DNA of 64,000 nt from Eledone cirrhosa (lineage: Eukaryota): contig OZ024746.1 in NCBI GenBank assembly GCA_964016885.1, positions 91,636,001 to 91,700,000 of the forward strand, read 5' to 3'. The notes under the pieces were generated by a model. It saw only the letters and a list, made by a program, of their open reading frames with translations. It made no database searches and was not told the DNA's origin. Positions 1 to 12,280 of the stretch are shown here, piece by piece (the first letter of the stretch is position 1; every line of letters begins with the position of its first letter). Position numbers and translations under genes: made by a program.

Positions 1-250
1 TTAGCCTTAATAATATTGAATATATATATATATATATATGTAAGTATGTATGTATATGTACATACATATATGTATACAGACGTACAGAAGTATGTATATA
101 TATACATACATGTACACATATATATATGTACGTATCGGTTTACCGAACATTTATTATAATGTTCGGTTTGTTTGTAAACAAACAGCCCGAATTAAGCCGT
201 ACAGTGTTTAGCAACCATCGTTGCCTTTTTGTTCAACACTGACAAAGGAA

Positions 251-291
251 CGATGTACTAGTTTCAAGCTTATTAGCTATCGTCAGCATCG
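251..291 (-). ncRNA. Minimal type I hammerhead ribozyme (inverted copy)
   Basis: Reverse complement of 661-701: CGAUG-CUGACGA-stem II-GAAA-CUA-GUA-CAUCG. Confidence 0.75.
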
Positions 292-660
292 TATACCTTT
301 CTGCCAGATTGAACGTCTGAAAGTATATACTTTCCTTATGCATACAAACAAACCGAACATTATAATAAATGTTCGGTAAACCGATACGTACATATATATA
401 TGTGTACATGTATGTATATATATACATACTACTGTACGTCTGTATACATATATGTATGTACGTATACATACATACTTACATTTAAGTAACTGCCGTACTA
501 AGTGTGAGAAATGAAATTTCGTTTCATTTTTTCCATTTATCGTTTTCGGTGCGCCCGGCCGACTGAACTCACTCTAAATGCAAATTAGGCTGCTCAGCCG
601 TTAATATGCATAAGGAAAGTATATACTTTCAGACGTTCAATCATCTGGCAGGAAGGTATA

Positions 661-701
661 CGATGCTGACGATAGCTAATAAGCTTGAAACTAGTACATC
701 G
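661..701 (+). ncRNA. Minimal type I hammerhead ribozyme
   Basis: Stem I CGAUG/CAUCG, core CUGACGA, stem II AGCU-AAUA-AGCU, GAAA, palindromic stem III ACUAGU, cleavage triplet GUA. Confidence 0.8.
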
Positions 702-1038
702 TTCCTTTGTCAGTGTTGAACAAAAAGGCAACGATGGTTGCTAAACACTGTACGGCTTAATTCGGGCTGTTTGTTTACAAACAAACCGAACATTATAATA
801 AATGTTCGGTAAACCGATACGTACATATATATATGTGTACATGTATGTATATATATACATACTACTGTACGTCTGTATACATATAAGTATATACGTATAC
901 ATACATACTTACATTTAAGTAACTGCCGTACTAAGAGTGAGAAATGAAATTTCGTTTCATTTTTTCCATTTATATATATATATATATATATAAAATAAAA
1001 TAAATAAGTCAAATGTTTAAAATTTGGCTTCGTTTATT

Positions 1039-1093
1039 ACTGCTATATATATTTCGGTGACAGCAATCTTTGGCTGTGACTTCTTCAGGCAGT
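1039..1093 (-). ncRNA. Type I hammerhead ribozyme (inverted copy)
   Basis: ACUGC-CUGAAGA-stem II-GAAA-UAUAUAUA-GCAGU on the minus strand. Confidence 0.7.
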
Positions 1094-1297
1094 CCGAATT
1101 AGGGTGGTAGAGAGGAGTACACATGTTGTTGAGGTGTATAACTTTGTCAATACTCTGATATGCCCAGTTCCTGGTTGGGTTGTTATTTCCAGTTCCTCAG
1201 TGAAATAACAACCCAACCAGGAACTGGGCATATCAGAGTATTGACAAAGTTATACACCTCAACAACATGTGTACTCGTCTCTACCACACTAATTCGG

Positions 1298-1352
1298 ACT
1301 GCCTGAAGAGGTCACAGCCAAAGATGGCTGTCACCGAAATATATATAGCAGT
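1298..1352 (+). ncRNA. Type I hammerhead ribozyme
   Basis: Stem I ACUGC/GCAGU; CUGAAGA; stem II GGU-C-ACAGCC..GGCUGU-C-ACC; GAAA; AU-palindromic stem III; AUA triplet. Confidence 0.8.
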
Positions 1353-1516
1353 AATAAACGAAGCCAAATTTTAAACATTTGACTTATTTATTTTATTTTA
1401 CATTACTCCGGAGTAACCAAACCAACCTGCGCACTTCGTCGAGTGCTCCACTCTGCATACTAAGGTATACAACCAACATATACTCAAAATCTCTCTCTAT
1501 AGATAGATAGATAGAT

Positions 1517-1830
1517 ATTGTTATACTTGGGGAGGGTCATATTGTTGTAATAATATTGCCAGAAATAATAACAGAACACACTCACTGTTTGGTTGGTTGG
1601 TTGGTTTTTCGCTTCTGTATCTTTTATATCTCCACAGTTAATTCATTTGGTCCTCAATGTTTATCATTGACTGACCAACGGTCAAAAATACAGATATATA
1701 TATATAGTCTAACAAAGTTCTTTCGTTGCACATCTGCAACATCACCAGTGGTACTATTATGTTCCTCCTGTTCTATTGTATTGTAATGTCTACACCATTT
1801 TTATTTTATCTGTTTATTTATTTATGTCTT
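1517..1830. mobile_element. Penelope-like pseudo-LTR beside the GIY-YIG ORF
   Basis: Near-identical to 19285-19600 and diverged at 23708-23900; lies downstream of the minus-strand PLE ORF, in inverted-junction style. Confidence 0.6.
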
Positions 1831-1999
1831 CGTCTCTGCGCATGCGTTTGCGTGTGTGTATGGTGTTTGATGTGTGTGTTCGCGTTTGAGTTATTGTATT
1901 CTATTTTAGTTTACGAGTGTGTGTTTATATGTGTTTGTTGTTATTGTGCTTGCGTATATATTTATTTATTTATATTTCTCTTAAGTTAGTATTGTTTGT

Positions 2000-2768
2000 T
2001 TAGGTGTGGTTGTTGTTATTCCATTCATTTTTTCTGTTTAGCTTTGGCTTTCTAAGCTCTATTTCGCTTGCCTCTCTGATTTGCCTACCTGCTGGGTCAT
2101 TTCTATGTTTAGATATTATTTTAATTCCTATGTTGTCTATGTTACCGTCATGTTGTTGTCTGGTGTGTTCGTATAGTACTGAACCATTTTTTTAATTCCC
2201 TCCAGTATTGGTCTATCCTTTCTCCTATGCTTCGTGCTGTCTCGCCTATGTATGTTGTTGTCATGTTTCTGCAGGTACCCTCTGTACATCTTATGCTATA
2301 GACTACATTTCTAGTTTTACAGTTTATCTGGGGGTTTACTTTACATATAACACATTTCCTTTTAGTACAGTGGGTTTTCTTGAAAGGGTATGTTTTGCTG
2401 ATCAGGGATTTTATGGTAGTTCCTGGCTTTTCTACCACTTTAATCTTTAAGTGGGTCTTTCTCAGGACCTTTCTACACTGGTTAACTAATTTCCCTCCAA
2501 GGGTAGCGTCCACGAACATGACACTCTGGTATCTCTGGTTGTACCATGAGGTGACTTTCCCTATCTTATGTTTAGTCCTATCTAAGCTATTCCATGATTT
2601 GCTCCTGTATAATGGGTAAATTCCTTTCATGTCCAGTTCTATGAGGGTCTTATACTTCTCCGTGGCTCCTTTGTATACTCTGATTCTGTCTCTTTGGTTG
2701 TAGCCAGAGAACTGCATGCGGTTGATGAAGTGTTGGATTTGTTTTTCCATTTCTGTTGGGTCGCACAA
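2000..2768 (-). pseudogene. Penelope-like retroelement ORF C-terminus (RT thumb, Cys-rich linker, GIY-YIG endonuclease), 5'-truncated and frameshifted
   Basis: ORF 2148-2768 has HCTKRKCVIC and CKTRNVVYSIRC..C..YIGETAR; after a frameshift near 2190 it reads SVLYEHTRQQH...RQIREASEI...LNRKNEW to a stop at ~2000. Confidence 0.9.
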
Positions 2769-3602
2769 AAGGCCATGGTTAACAACTTACATTCATTCTA
2801 TAACAATTTAATTTTATAATTTTGCTGTTATCTAATAAGTCGTTTGTTAACTTCGGTGGAAAGTTTTTTTAAAATCCTGGTTAACTTTCTGGAGAACTTC
2901 CTCGCATTCGTTGGTGGTGAATGTCAAACTGATCTAAAGTTGTAATGTGTTGGTGTATATATAAAGAATTTGTGTGTGGGGGGGGGGGGGGTTAATGAGG
3001 TGTCAAATAAATATCTTTTGATGAAAAATATAAAATAAAAAATAAAACATATGCCAGGTCTTTTATCTTTTATTCAACAAATTTCAATTGAATTATGTTT
3101 GCAATAAAAGATAAAAGAACAAAAATGCCGTAATGAAAGGGAATGGCAGACTCTCCATTCAAGTCTCAGCAGTATTACTTCAGCTATACTCTGCGGATAA
3201 AATGACGACAGTATTGCCACGGAAAATAGCCAGCGCCACCTGCTACATCGGCCACTCCACCTCACAGGGCTTCTTCCTAAGGAATGATTGACACCTCCTA
3301 GGTAAACGACAGATAAGGAACCAAACACACCAGGGGTCTCAGTGGTGATTGACATGATAAAGTTCGGTCAAGTCTCGCTATTTTACAGTTATTTTTTTTA
3401 CTTAAACGATTTCTTTCAAAATCAATACACCAGACTTGATGTGATAGTGCAGAAGTTCTCAAACGATTTTACTCCCCCCCCCCCCCACAGCCATGCAATA
3501 CCTCACTGTCCCCCATCACTATATCCAAAGAGACCAACATGCAAATTGTAAATAATATATAATAAATAAAATCGTTAATTTATATATAATATATACTAAG
3601 TG

Positions 3603-3652
<50 letters not shown>

Positions 3653-3873
3653 AATAAAAAAATATATGTATCATTTGATATTTAATATACTATTATATCA
3701 TCTCTACCACCCCCTGAACAATCTGACCCCCAGGGGGGGCGGTAGAGCCTAATTAAGTAACAGACATATCTTTCTCCAAAATATTGACAACGAGAGTTTA
3801 AAAAAATACAACAAAAATACGTGACTCCAAGTATCGAAACTGGATTTTAGGTGACTCGTCCATATCAATGTCT

Positions 3874-4055
3874 ACGAGGGCCGGCTGACTATGAAGGAGT
3901 GATGCTAGAGCTGTGAAATCTTGCATGTATTAATTTCAACTTTTATTAATAACTGCAATATTTCTTTCCAGGGACTATGTTGAAAAATAAACCCCATTTG
4001 GTCATTCCATGAGAGTATCTTGGTCAGCCTATGAACTTTTCAGCTGACCTTCGTA
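3874..4055. mobile_element. Mariner-type MITE
   Basis: TA-CGAGGG...CCTTCG-TA termini; inverted second copy at 13590-13765. Confidence 0.65.
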
Positions 4056-5603
4056 TATTTTTGATGCATGTGGAGTGGTAGAAGACTTTAAAATGTCAAC
4101 TCGTTGCAAGTTTGAGGTATTGGACTAGAGAGCAATGATATACCTCGTCTCTCAGCCTACAATCCTATCTACTTCCTTTACCTCCCCTCGTTCCATCATA
4201 ATCCAGTCTTTACTGCCCTAACCCTAATATTACTCGCACAGATATGGCATGGATTGGAATGAGGAAGTAAAAGACTGAATGAGTGTATCTTGTGACGAAT
4301 AGCTGCACAATTCCAATACCAACATTCCACTAACGAACACACACACACACACACACAAAATAGTCTATATAAAAATAATGACAGGGCAATTGTTTCCTCT
4401 CATACTTTTTTTTTTCATTTCTCTGAATATTTGACATTTTGTAAACCATAAAGGGAGTTAAATATGGCCCGTGGTGTTCAAATTATTTTTTTTTAAGTGT
4501 AGGGGAGAGGGGAGCGATTTTATTTCCAATGCAAGAAAAATCGGATATTTTAGTAAATTTACATATACACATAAACATATATATACACGCACATCTATAC
4601 AGCCCCACACATATGTAGATAGGTAGATAGATAGACAGAAGGGGAGATAGACAGATTGATAGACAAATAGGTAGATAGAGGGAGATAAAGATAGATACTT
4701 TGATAGATAGATAGATATTTCAATACAATAAACTCCAAGAGTAAAAAACTAAAAATAAATTAAATATAATCCCATCTCAACGAGGCTGTTTCTTCTTCTA
4801 AATTAAGGCTGTTAGGATTGGCACATGTTTATAAAATAAAAAAACGAAGAAAAACAATAAATAAATAAATTTAGATTAACTGGTTTTTATTCTCTTTCCT
4901 CTTTCCCTGTCATGTTTACACTGCATGAACCATCTTTAGCCCTTAAGGGAAGCTGAGATGAGATCAACTTTGCTGATCCTTACATCAAGTAGGAAGCAGG
5001 AAGAGGAAAACTTAGCCCGTTTGAGCGGAGAGTAGGTTGGTGCTGGTGTTACGGATAATGATTAAATTGCTAACATGTATACACCTCTTCGAGTGAAACA
5101 TCTGCCATATTGGTAACTGAACAACTTTAATACAGAAGTAAACGAAAGAAGACTATCAGATGTGATTCATTCATTCATTGCAAACTGAGGGGCGGTGGTG
5201 GAGGTCATTTAGTACAGACCGTTCTTATATATCCATGTGCCGTTCTTATATATCCATGTGCCGTTCTTTTAGTATTGCTACCTAGATACAGCAATCCTGA
5301 GCAAATCTGAATTCTGGTTTTTTTTCTCAATTATCCAGTATAACTTACGAATAACATTTTACTGGATAACTGAGAAAAACAAGAATCTCCTTACTATATT
5401 TAATGAAAGAAACTACCTATGACTTTAAAAAATAAAATTTGGTGAGATCTAGTGTTGAAACAGAGTAATTATGACGGAAGATTTTTAGATAACTGTAAAC
5501 ACTTTAAAATTCATGAGTAAATAATAATAACATTATAATATAACATTATTAATATTCGGTTAACATTATTAATATTGGGTTAATATTATTAATATTCAAA
5601 TCA

Positions 5604-5800
5604 GGCGGTGGATTGGCAGTATCAGTAGAGGGTTGGACGCCATTCTTTGTAGCATAGAGTTACGCCTCTTTACGGTCCGAGTTCAAATCCTGCCGAGGTT
5701 AACTTTGCCTTTCATCCCAACGGGGGTTGATAAAATAAAGTACCAGTAATGTACTGGAATAAATGCTGGCCTTGTGCCAAAAGTGGAAACAATTATTATT
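5604..5800 (+). mobile_element. tRNA-derived SINE family A
   Basis: A-box-like GGATTGGCAG, B box GAGTTCAAATCC, conserved core CTTTGCCTTTCATCC..GATAAAATAAAGTACCAG, (ATT)n tail; more than 15 copies in the window. Confidence 0.85.
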
Positions 5801-5927
5801 GGTTTGTTTACAGGTAAACAGCCTCATAACAGCACGTGGTAGATGACAACATCATCCTTTTGTTGCAGCAGTAGCTGATGACATCATTCAGGTATTCACC
5901 ATGTTAAGAGCAAAAACAAATTTTATT

Positions 5928-6156
5928 TTAACCCTTTAGCATTCACATTACTCTATATATACTATTATATTTTCATGGTAGAGGCTTTATCTCGCTTAAT
6001 TATCTCACATAATATCAAATCTATGAGATTTTGAAAGTATTTATTTTGAAAACAATACCTTAACACCAGTTTGAGTGACCAGTTACAGCCAGTTTCAACA
6101 GAAAGAGGTAGAGAATTCTGGCCAGTTTTTGGCCGGTTTGAACATTCAAGGGTTAA
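5928..6156. mobile_element. piggyBac-like MITE
   Basis: TTAA-CCCTT...AAGGG-TTAA; family copies at 9055, 14092, 33099, 44836 and 59329. Confidence 0.8.
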
Positions 6157-6991
6157 ATTAAAGTTTTCTATCATAGAATCAGAGACAGTTTGGTATCAAA
6201 AGGGCTTTCAAAAAAGGAGAGGTTAGAATTAAAATAAAGAGGATGTTGGATATAGAACAGTGGCGTGGCTAGAGCATGTGCCACACAGGGCAGCTCATGA
6301 CACACACACACCCCCATATACTCAAATATATACAACAGACCCGTGTCTCCTGGGGGGAGGGGGCACCACCACCACCACCAGCCAGCCAGCTACGTTACTG
6401 GATTGGAACAAATTATGATACTTCTGGGAGATAAGAAGAGAGGAAGATTATTGGGTGTACCAATAGCTTATAATAATATTTACACATCACTTGACACGAT
6501 GTGAACTAATCTACTTTAGTTCTCAGACAAATAACAACAATATACAGATTCTTGTAAAACCTTTACCTCCTCACTAGAAAAACATCAGCAAACAGCAAAT
6601 GCTTAATTACTCCTATAGTTTTACTCTACAAACAAATAAACATATGATCCTGTCATTCGAGCAATGAAGTGAAGGTTACACGATATCCAATAGTTTCTAA
6701 AAGACTTCTTTTAGACAGAGCTGGTGCTACCATTCAGTTCAACTAAGCAGCTACCTAGGGCACATACCTTACAGAGGTGAACTACTCAACTTAAATCGAT
6801 CACAGTTTTATACACATTTGTATAATTAATTAAATACTTAGCTGAGAATGAGTACTAACAATAGCTGGAGATTAACACTGCAATGGACTGGCGTCATGTC
6901 CAGGAGGGAGTGTTATACTCACAGTTGCTTCACACCACAGAAACCAGGATAAGTACCAACTTGATAAGCCTCCAGGCTTGAGACAGACTTT

Positions 6992-7103
6992 CATCATCAT
7001 CATCATCATCATTTTATGTCCGCTTTTCCCTGCTTGCAAGGGTGGGACGGGAACTGATTCTGGCTTGATTTCTACAGCTGGATGCCCTTCCTAACACCAA
7101 CCT
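6992..7103 (-). mobile_element. 3' tail of CORE-type SINE/RTE family
   Basis: (CAT)n plus a match to the 3' ends of 10685-11027 and 23277-23622. Confidence 0.75.
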
Positions 7104-7136
7104 ACTGTGTAGTAGAAAATGCAGGCTTACTAATTT

Positions 7137-8083
7137 TGTACACACATTGTAGGGCTGGGGTAGTAACCAGGGATTGGTACACACATTGTAGGGTGGGGTA
7201 GTAACCAGGGATTGGTACACACATTGTAGGGTGGGGTAGTAACCAGGGATTGGTACACACATTGTAGGGTGGGGTAGAAACCAGGGATTGGTACACACAT
7301 TGTAGGGTGGGGTAGTAACCAGGGATTGGTACACACATTGTAGGGTGGGGTAGTAACCAGGGATTGGTACACACATTGTAGGGTGGGGTAGTAACCAGGG
7401 ATTGGTACACACATTGTAGGGTGGGGTAGTAACCAGGGATTGGTACACACATTGTAGGGTGGGGTAGTAACCAGGGATTGGTACACACATTGTAGGGTGG
7501 GGTAGAAACCAGGGATTGGTACACACATTGTAGGGTGGGGTAGTAACCAGGGATTGGTACACACATTGTAGGGTGGGGTAGTAACCAGGGATTGGTACAC
7601 ACATTGTAGGGTGGGGTAGTAACCAGGAATTGGTACACACATTGTAGGGTGGGGTAGAAACCAGGGATTGGTACACACATTGTAGGGTGGGGTAGTAACC
7701 AGGGATTGGTACACACATTGTAGGGTGGGGTAGTAACCAGGGATTGGTACACACATTGTAGGGTGGGGTAGTAACCAGGGATTGGTACACACATTGTAGG
7801 GTGGGGTAGTAACCAGGGATTGGTACACACATTGTAGGGTGGGGTAGTAACCAGGGATTGGTACACACATTGTAGGGTGGGGTAGTAACCAGGGATTGGT
7901 ACACACATTGTAGGGTGGGGTAGAAACCAGGGATTGGTACACACATTGTAGGGTGGGGTAGTAACCAGGGATTGGTACACACATTGTAGGGTGGGGTAGT
8001 AACCAGGGATTGGTACACACATTGTAGGGTGGGGTAGTAACCAGGGATTGGTACACACATTGTAGGGTGGGGTAGTAACCAGG
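7137..8083. repeat. 38-bp G-rich minisatellite, ~25 copies
   Basis: Unit CACACATTGTAGGGTGGGGTAGTAACCAGGGATTGGTA, nearly invariant. Confidence 0.97.
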
Positions 8084-8619
8084 CAACAGCCCTGCTTTTA
8101 GAAGAACACCTAAAACAAAACCAATATTAGTGGAACAGAATCCTAAATAATTGAATATTAAGACTTCCATTACCATATTTCTCATGAAATACAGGGAAAA
8201 TATTTAATATTGAAATAATCAACAATTTGGAAGGTTTTAATAAAATAACATTGTCATTAAGTTAACAATTAGAACATAAAGTTCTCATAAAATTCAGATA
8301 TAAACACTTTAAAACAGACAGTATTATGACAGAAACAGTTTCAGACAGGCTGATATCGGTTAAAACAGTTTAGTAAATCATTTTTCTCACAATGCATTAT
8401 ACCTTAGAATTTTAATTTTCAAAATAATTTAGAATTATGAAAAGGATAGTGAGCGAGATAACTAACTTTATAAAAGACTTAAATATTAAAAATCTTATAT
8501 TATTTTTCATGTAATAACTATATTTCAGTGTGGATGTAGGCTTGGCAACATGGTTAAAAAGTCCAGTTTGTAATTATGTGGTGAAATAGTTTAGTACTTA
8601 ACTAATTAATAAATTATAC

Positions 8620-8780
8620 ATGAAGTCATGGTTGAGTGGTTAAGAAGTTTGTTTCGCAATCATGAGGTCTAGGGTTTGAGCCTACTGCATAGCATCCTGG
8701 GCAAGTGTATTTACAAAATCTCAGGTTGACTCAAACCATGTGAGTGAAATTTGGTAGACAGAAACTGTGCAGAAGCCCAT
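8620..8780 (+). mobile_element. Degenerate tRNA-derived SINE (second CORE-like family)
   Basis: tRNA-like head, CCTGGGCAAGTGT core, TTGGTAGACAGAAACTG..GAAGCCC; related to 10430-10530 and 57930-58160. Confidence 0.55.
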
Positions 8781-9054
8781 TGGATAGATTATACCAGTAG
8801 ATTATACAATATATCACAGTCCAGCCTTGTGATATATTATATCATGCTGATTCTCCCGAGAATTACATAAACAGTGAATGTTATGCAATATCCAATGGTT
8901 CTTTAAAGATCTGTTTTAGACAAGGTTGGTGCTACCATTAATTCCAACTAAAGAACTAATTATGTGTTAATTAAAACAACTGAATATTCATTGTTGAAAC
9001 CAATGGAGGATCCATCATATTTCAGTTGAAGTTTTGAAATTAAGTTTCAACTCT

Positions 9055-9261
9055 TTAACCCTTAAGCATTTGAACTGACTGTTTCTGGCCAGAATTCTCT
9101 CACCTCTTTCTGTTCAAACCGGTTGTAACTGGCCGCTCATACTGATGTTAAGGTATTGTTCTCAACATCAAAATCTCATAGATTCAATATTATGTGAGGT
9201 AAAGTCTTTACTGTGAAAATACAGTAGTAAATATAGAGTAATGTAAATGGTAAAGGGTTAA
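9055..9261. mobile_element. piggyBac-like MITE
   Basis: TTAA-CCCTT...AAGGG-TTAA, inverted relative to the 5928 copy. Confidence 0.8.
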
Positions 9262-9870
9262 AACAGTTTCAGGCTGATCCATGTTGAAAACATTTCAAGA
9301 TCTAATACACACAATATTTTTTAAAAGTTAATCCTTTTGTTGCCCTATTTCTAATGAAAGACACTGCCTATGTGTATCAATTAACTTTCAAGAGTTTAGA
9401 GTGATTTAGTAATATAACTAGCATTATTAAGCTGGTGAGGGTGATAGAGCGCCAGAGAACATGTTTTGCAGCATTTAGTTATGGCCTTCACCGAGATCAA
9501 CTTTGCCTTTATCCTTATGAGGTTGATAAAATAAAGGATCAGTAATGAACTGGGGTTGATTTAATTGACCCCTTCCCCAACATTGGTCTTGTGCCAAAAT
9601 CTGAACCCCGTATTAAGCTGGTGTTTGAAACATAACTTAAAGGTTATTATATAAACTTACAATGGAAGGTTTTTTGATAAATATAAACACTTTAAAATAA
9701 AGTTTTGTATGATTATGGTAGCCCTACCCCATCAACACCAGCACAGGTCTCTACATACCAACATAGACATTTTTACAGCAATAACTCAGTAATGACAATC
9801 TAAATGGAACATTAATTCTTGCTTAAAACCAAACCTACTTTCTATAATCTATCATTTAACAACATTGAAA

Positions 9871-10294
9871 TACAGTGGAACCTTGGTTCACCAGCTTAAC
9901 CTTTAACGTGCTGCTGGTGACACATTGCGACAATAGAGTAGTCTCTCCTTAATACAGTGTCAAGGGAAGCAATTCATAAAAAAAAAATCAGCATTCTTGA
10001 AGGCCATTCATCACCTGAAATGTTCATAAACCGAAACTATTTTCCCCATACGAAATGTTGAGAGAGAAATACAGAGAGAGAGAGAGAGACTGTGTGTGAA
10101 AGACAGATAGATATCACCATAGTAATTAACTACACAGCTAGTGACGCTTTCCTGCTGATATTCCCACCTTGCAGCCAACCATCATTGCTGGCTTGCATGT
10201 TTGTTACTCGAGACACTGTTCATGAACTGAGATATTTTCTGTTCAGAAAAATTGTTTGTGGTGAGAGGCATTTGTGATCTGAGGTTCCACTGTA
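9871..10294. mobile_element. Tc1/pogo (Tigger-like) MITE
   Basis: TA-CAGTGGAACCT...AGGTTCCACTG-TA terminal inverted repeats with TA target duplication. Confidence 0.7.
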
Positions 10295-10684
10295 AATGTT
10301 CCTTTTTTTATACAGAAATATCCACTACAGTTGTCTTTATGTAATTACATCCAATGGATTGACAAAGATCTCTCATTAAACCATTTCGTAATTAATAAAC
10401 TATGGATGTAAGTGTGGCAGCGTGATATCACAGCATGGCATCTTGGGCAAGTGTCTTTTACTATAGCTTTCAGTCAATCCAAACCTTGTGAATGAAATTG
10501 GGTAGATGGAAACTATGTGGAAGCCCACTAAATAAATTGTACATATTATTTCAAAGGTCTAGCTATATCACATTGTGTAACTGATCCGGCTTGTGAATCA
10601 CATCTGTGAAATACTTTGTGAAATATCCACATTTAAATTGATGTTTGTTATAGTAAAAGAAAAAATAGATTGAGAAGAAAGAAT

Positions 10685-11027
10685 CATCATCATCATCATC
10701 ATTTTACGCCCGCTTTTCCCTGCTTGCAAGGGCGGGGCGGGAACTGGTTCTGGCTTGATTTCTACAACTGGATGCCCTTCCTAACACCAACCTCATTTAC
10801 AGTGAGTGCTGGGTACTTTTTTTTTGCCGTGGCACCTACATGTCCACTTTGCAGTGGAATGATAGGGACCCCAGTCCCTATCATCTCATTTCTACAGCTG
10901 AGTAAACTGGAGCAATGTGAAATAAAGTGTCTTGCTCAAGGAAACAAGACATCACCCGGTCTGAGAATTGAACTCACAACCTTTCGATTGCAAGGCCAAT
11001 GCTCTAACCACTAAGCCATGTGCCTCC
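10685..11027 (-). mobile_element. CORE-type SINE with tRNA head and RTE-derived tail
   Basis: Reverse complement of 23277-23622; TCCTTGAGCAAGACACTT core; (GAT)n tail. Confidence 0.85.
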
Positions 11028-11617
11028 ATGTAAAAGAAAATATAAAAACGGAAAAGGAAGAGAAAGACAAGGGCTCTAGTGTCACAGAGCCGGGGGAGGG
11101 GAGGGTGATGGGCTTTGGGTGTGGCAGTAATGGGGCTGCACCCTGCGGACAATGGCCAGTGACACCCACTGCAACAGCCACCCAATCTCGCAATGCTCCT
11201 TCCTCAGATGGGCTGCTGATGTTCCAATCTTGCAGAGCTCAGCAGTACGGGGGGCCCAAGCCCGAGATCTCAACGGTGACCAGTGCAAAGAAGAAGCAGC
11301 CGGAGGACAATCCCCAGTTTATTTTATTTTCCTCTGCACTGGGGTTGGTGGCTGAAGTGACCAAGTCTGATGCGGAGAACTTCTATATTCTTCCTTCTCA
11401 GTGATGGAATCACAGGATGGCAGGAAGAGGTGATAGGAGAACAAAACTAATACAACTAATATAATGGGGGGGGGGTATATAAATGACAAAGTAAAGTTTA
11501 AAAGAAGCAGAGATTTATACAAAGCAACTGATAAGAAGAGAGCCTTGAAGATAATATATCTTTTGTGAATACTTGAATTGGGTCGGAAAATATTCAGTCA
11601 TTATTAACATAGATAAG

Positions 11618-12280
11618 GGTGGTGGACTGGCAGTACATGGTAGAACATCAGACAACATACAATGAGGTATACTGTTATGGCTCTAGGTAGAACATCAGAC
11701 AACATACAATGAGGTATACTGCTATGGCTCTTGGTAGAACATCAGACAACATACAATGAGGTATACTGTTATGGCTCTAGGTAGAACATCAGACAACATA
11801 CAATGAGGTATACTGTTATGGCTCTAGGTAGAACATCAGACAACATACAATGAGGTATACTGTTATGGCTCTAGGTAGAACATCAGACACCATACAATGA
11901 GGTATACTGTTATGGCTCTAGGTAGAACATCAGACAACATACAATGAGGTATACTGTTATGGCTCTTGGTAGAACATCAGACAACATACAATGAGGTATA
12001 CTGTTATGGCTCTTGGTAGAACATCAGACAACATACAATGAGGTATACTGTTATGGCTCTTAGTAGAACATCAGACAACATACAATGAGGTATACTGTTA
12101 TGGCTCTAGGTAGAACATCAGACAACATACAATGAGGTATACTGTTATGGCTCTTTATGTTCTGAGCTTTGCCTTTCATCCTTACAGGGTCAATAAAATG
12201 AAACGCCATTAAGGGTTCATTTAAAAAACTTTCCCCTCCGCCCAAAATTGGTAGCCTTCTGCCTAACTGAGAAACCATTA
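11618..12280 (+). repeat. SINE family A copy with an internal 47-bp tandem array (~11 copies, 11638-12153)
   Basis: SINE head GGTGGACTGGCAG, then unit TAGAACATCAGACAACATACAATGAGGTATACTGTTATGGCTCTAGG, then SINE core TTTGCCTTTCATCC. Confidence 0.9.

Larger units (their letters stand above)
38..968. mobile_element. Penelope-like terminal-repeat relic with nested inverted duplication
   Basis: ~38-344 is the reverse complement of ~606-912; ~344-540 repeats ~780-968; carries a hammerhead motif on each strand; flanked by (TA)n. Confidence 0.75.
991..1490. mobile_element. Penelope-like terminal-repeat relic forming a ~200-bp-arm palindrome
   Basis: ~991-1189 is the reverse complement of ~1202-1400 with few mismatches; a hammerhead in each arm; the right arm continues ~90 bp; microsatellite flanks. 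Confidence 0.75.

Noticed and set aside
7014-8185. Three overlapping 318-351-aa ORFs
   Set aside because: Translations of a stop-free 38-bp tandem repeat; no splice or domain evidence
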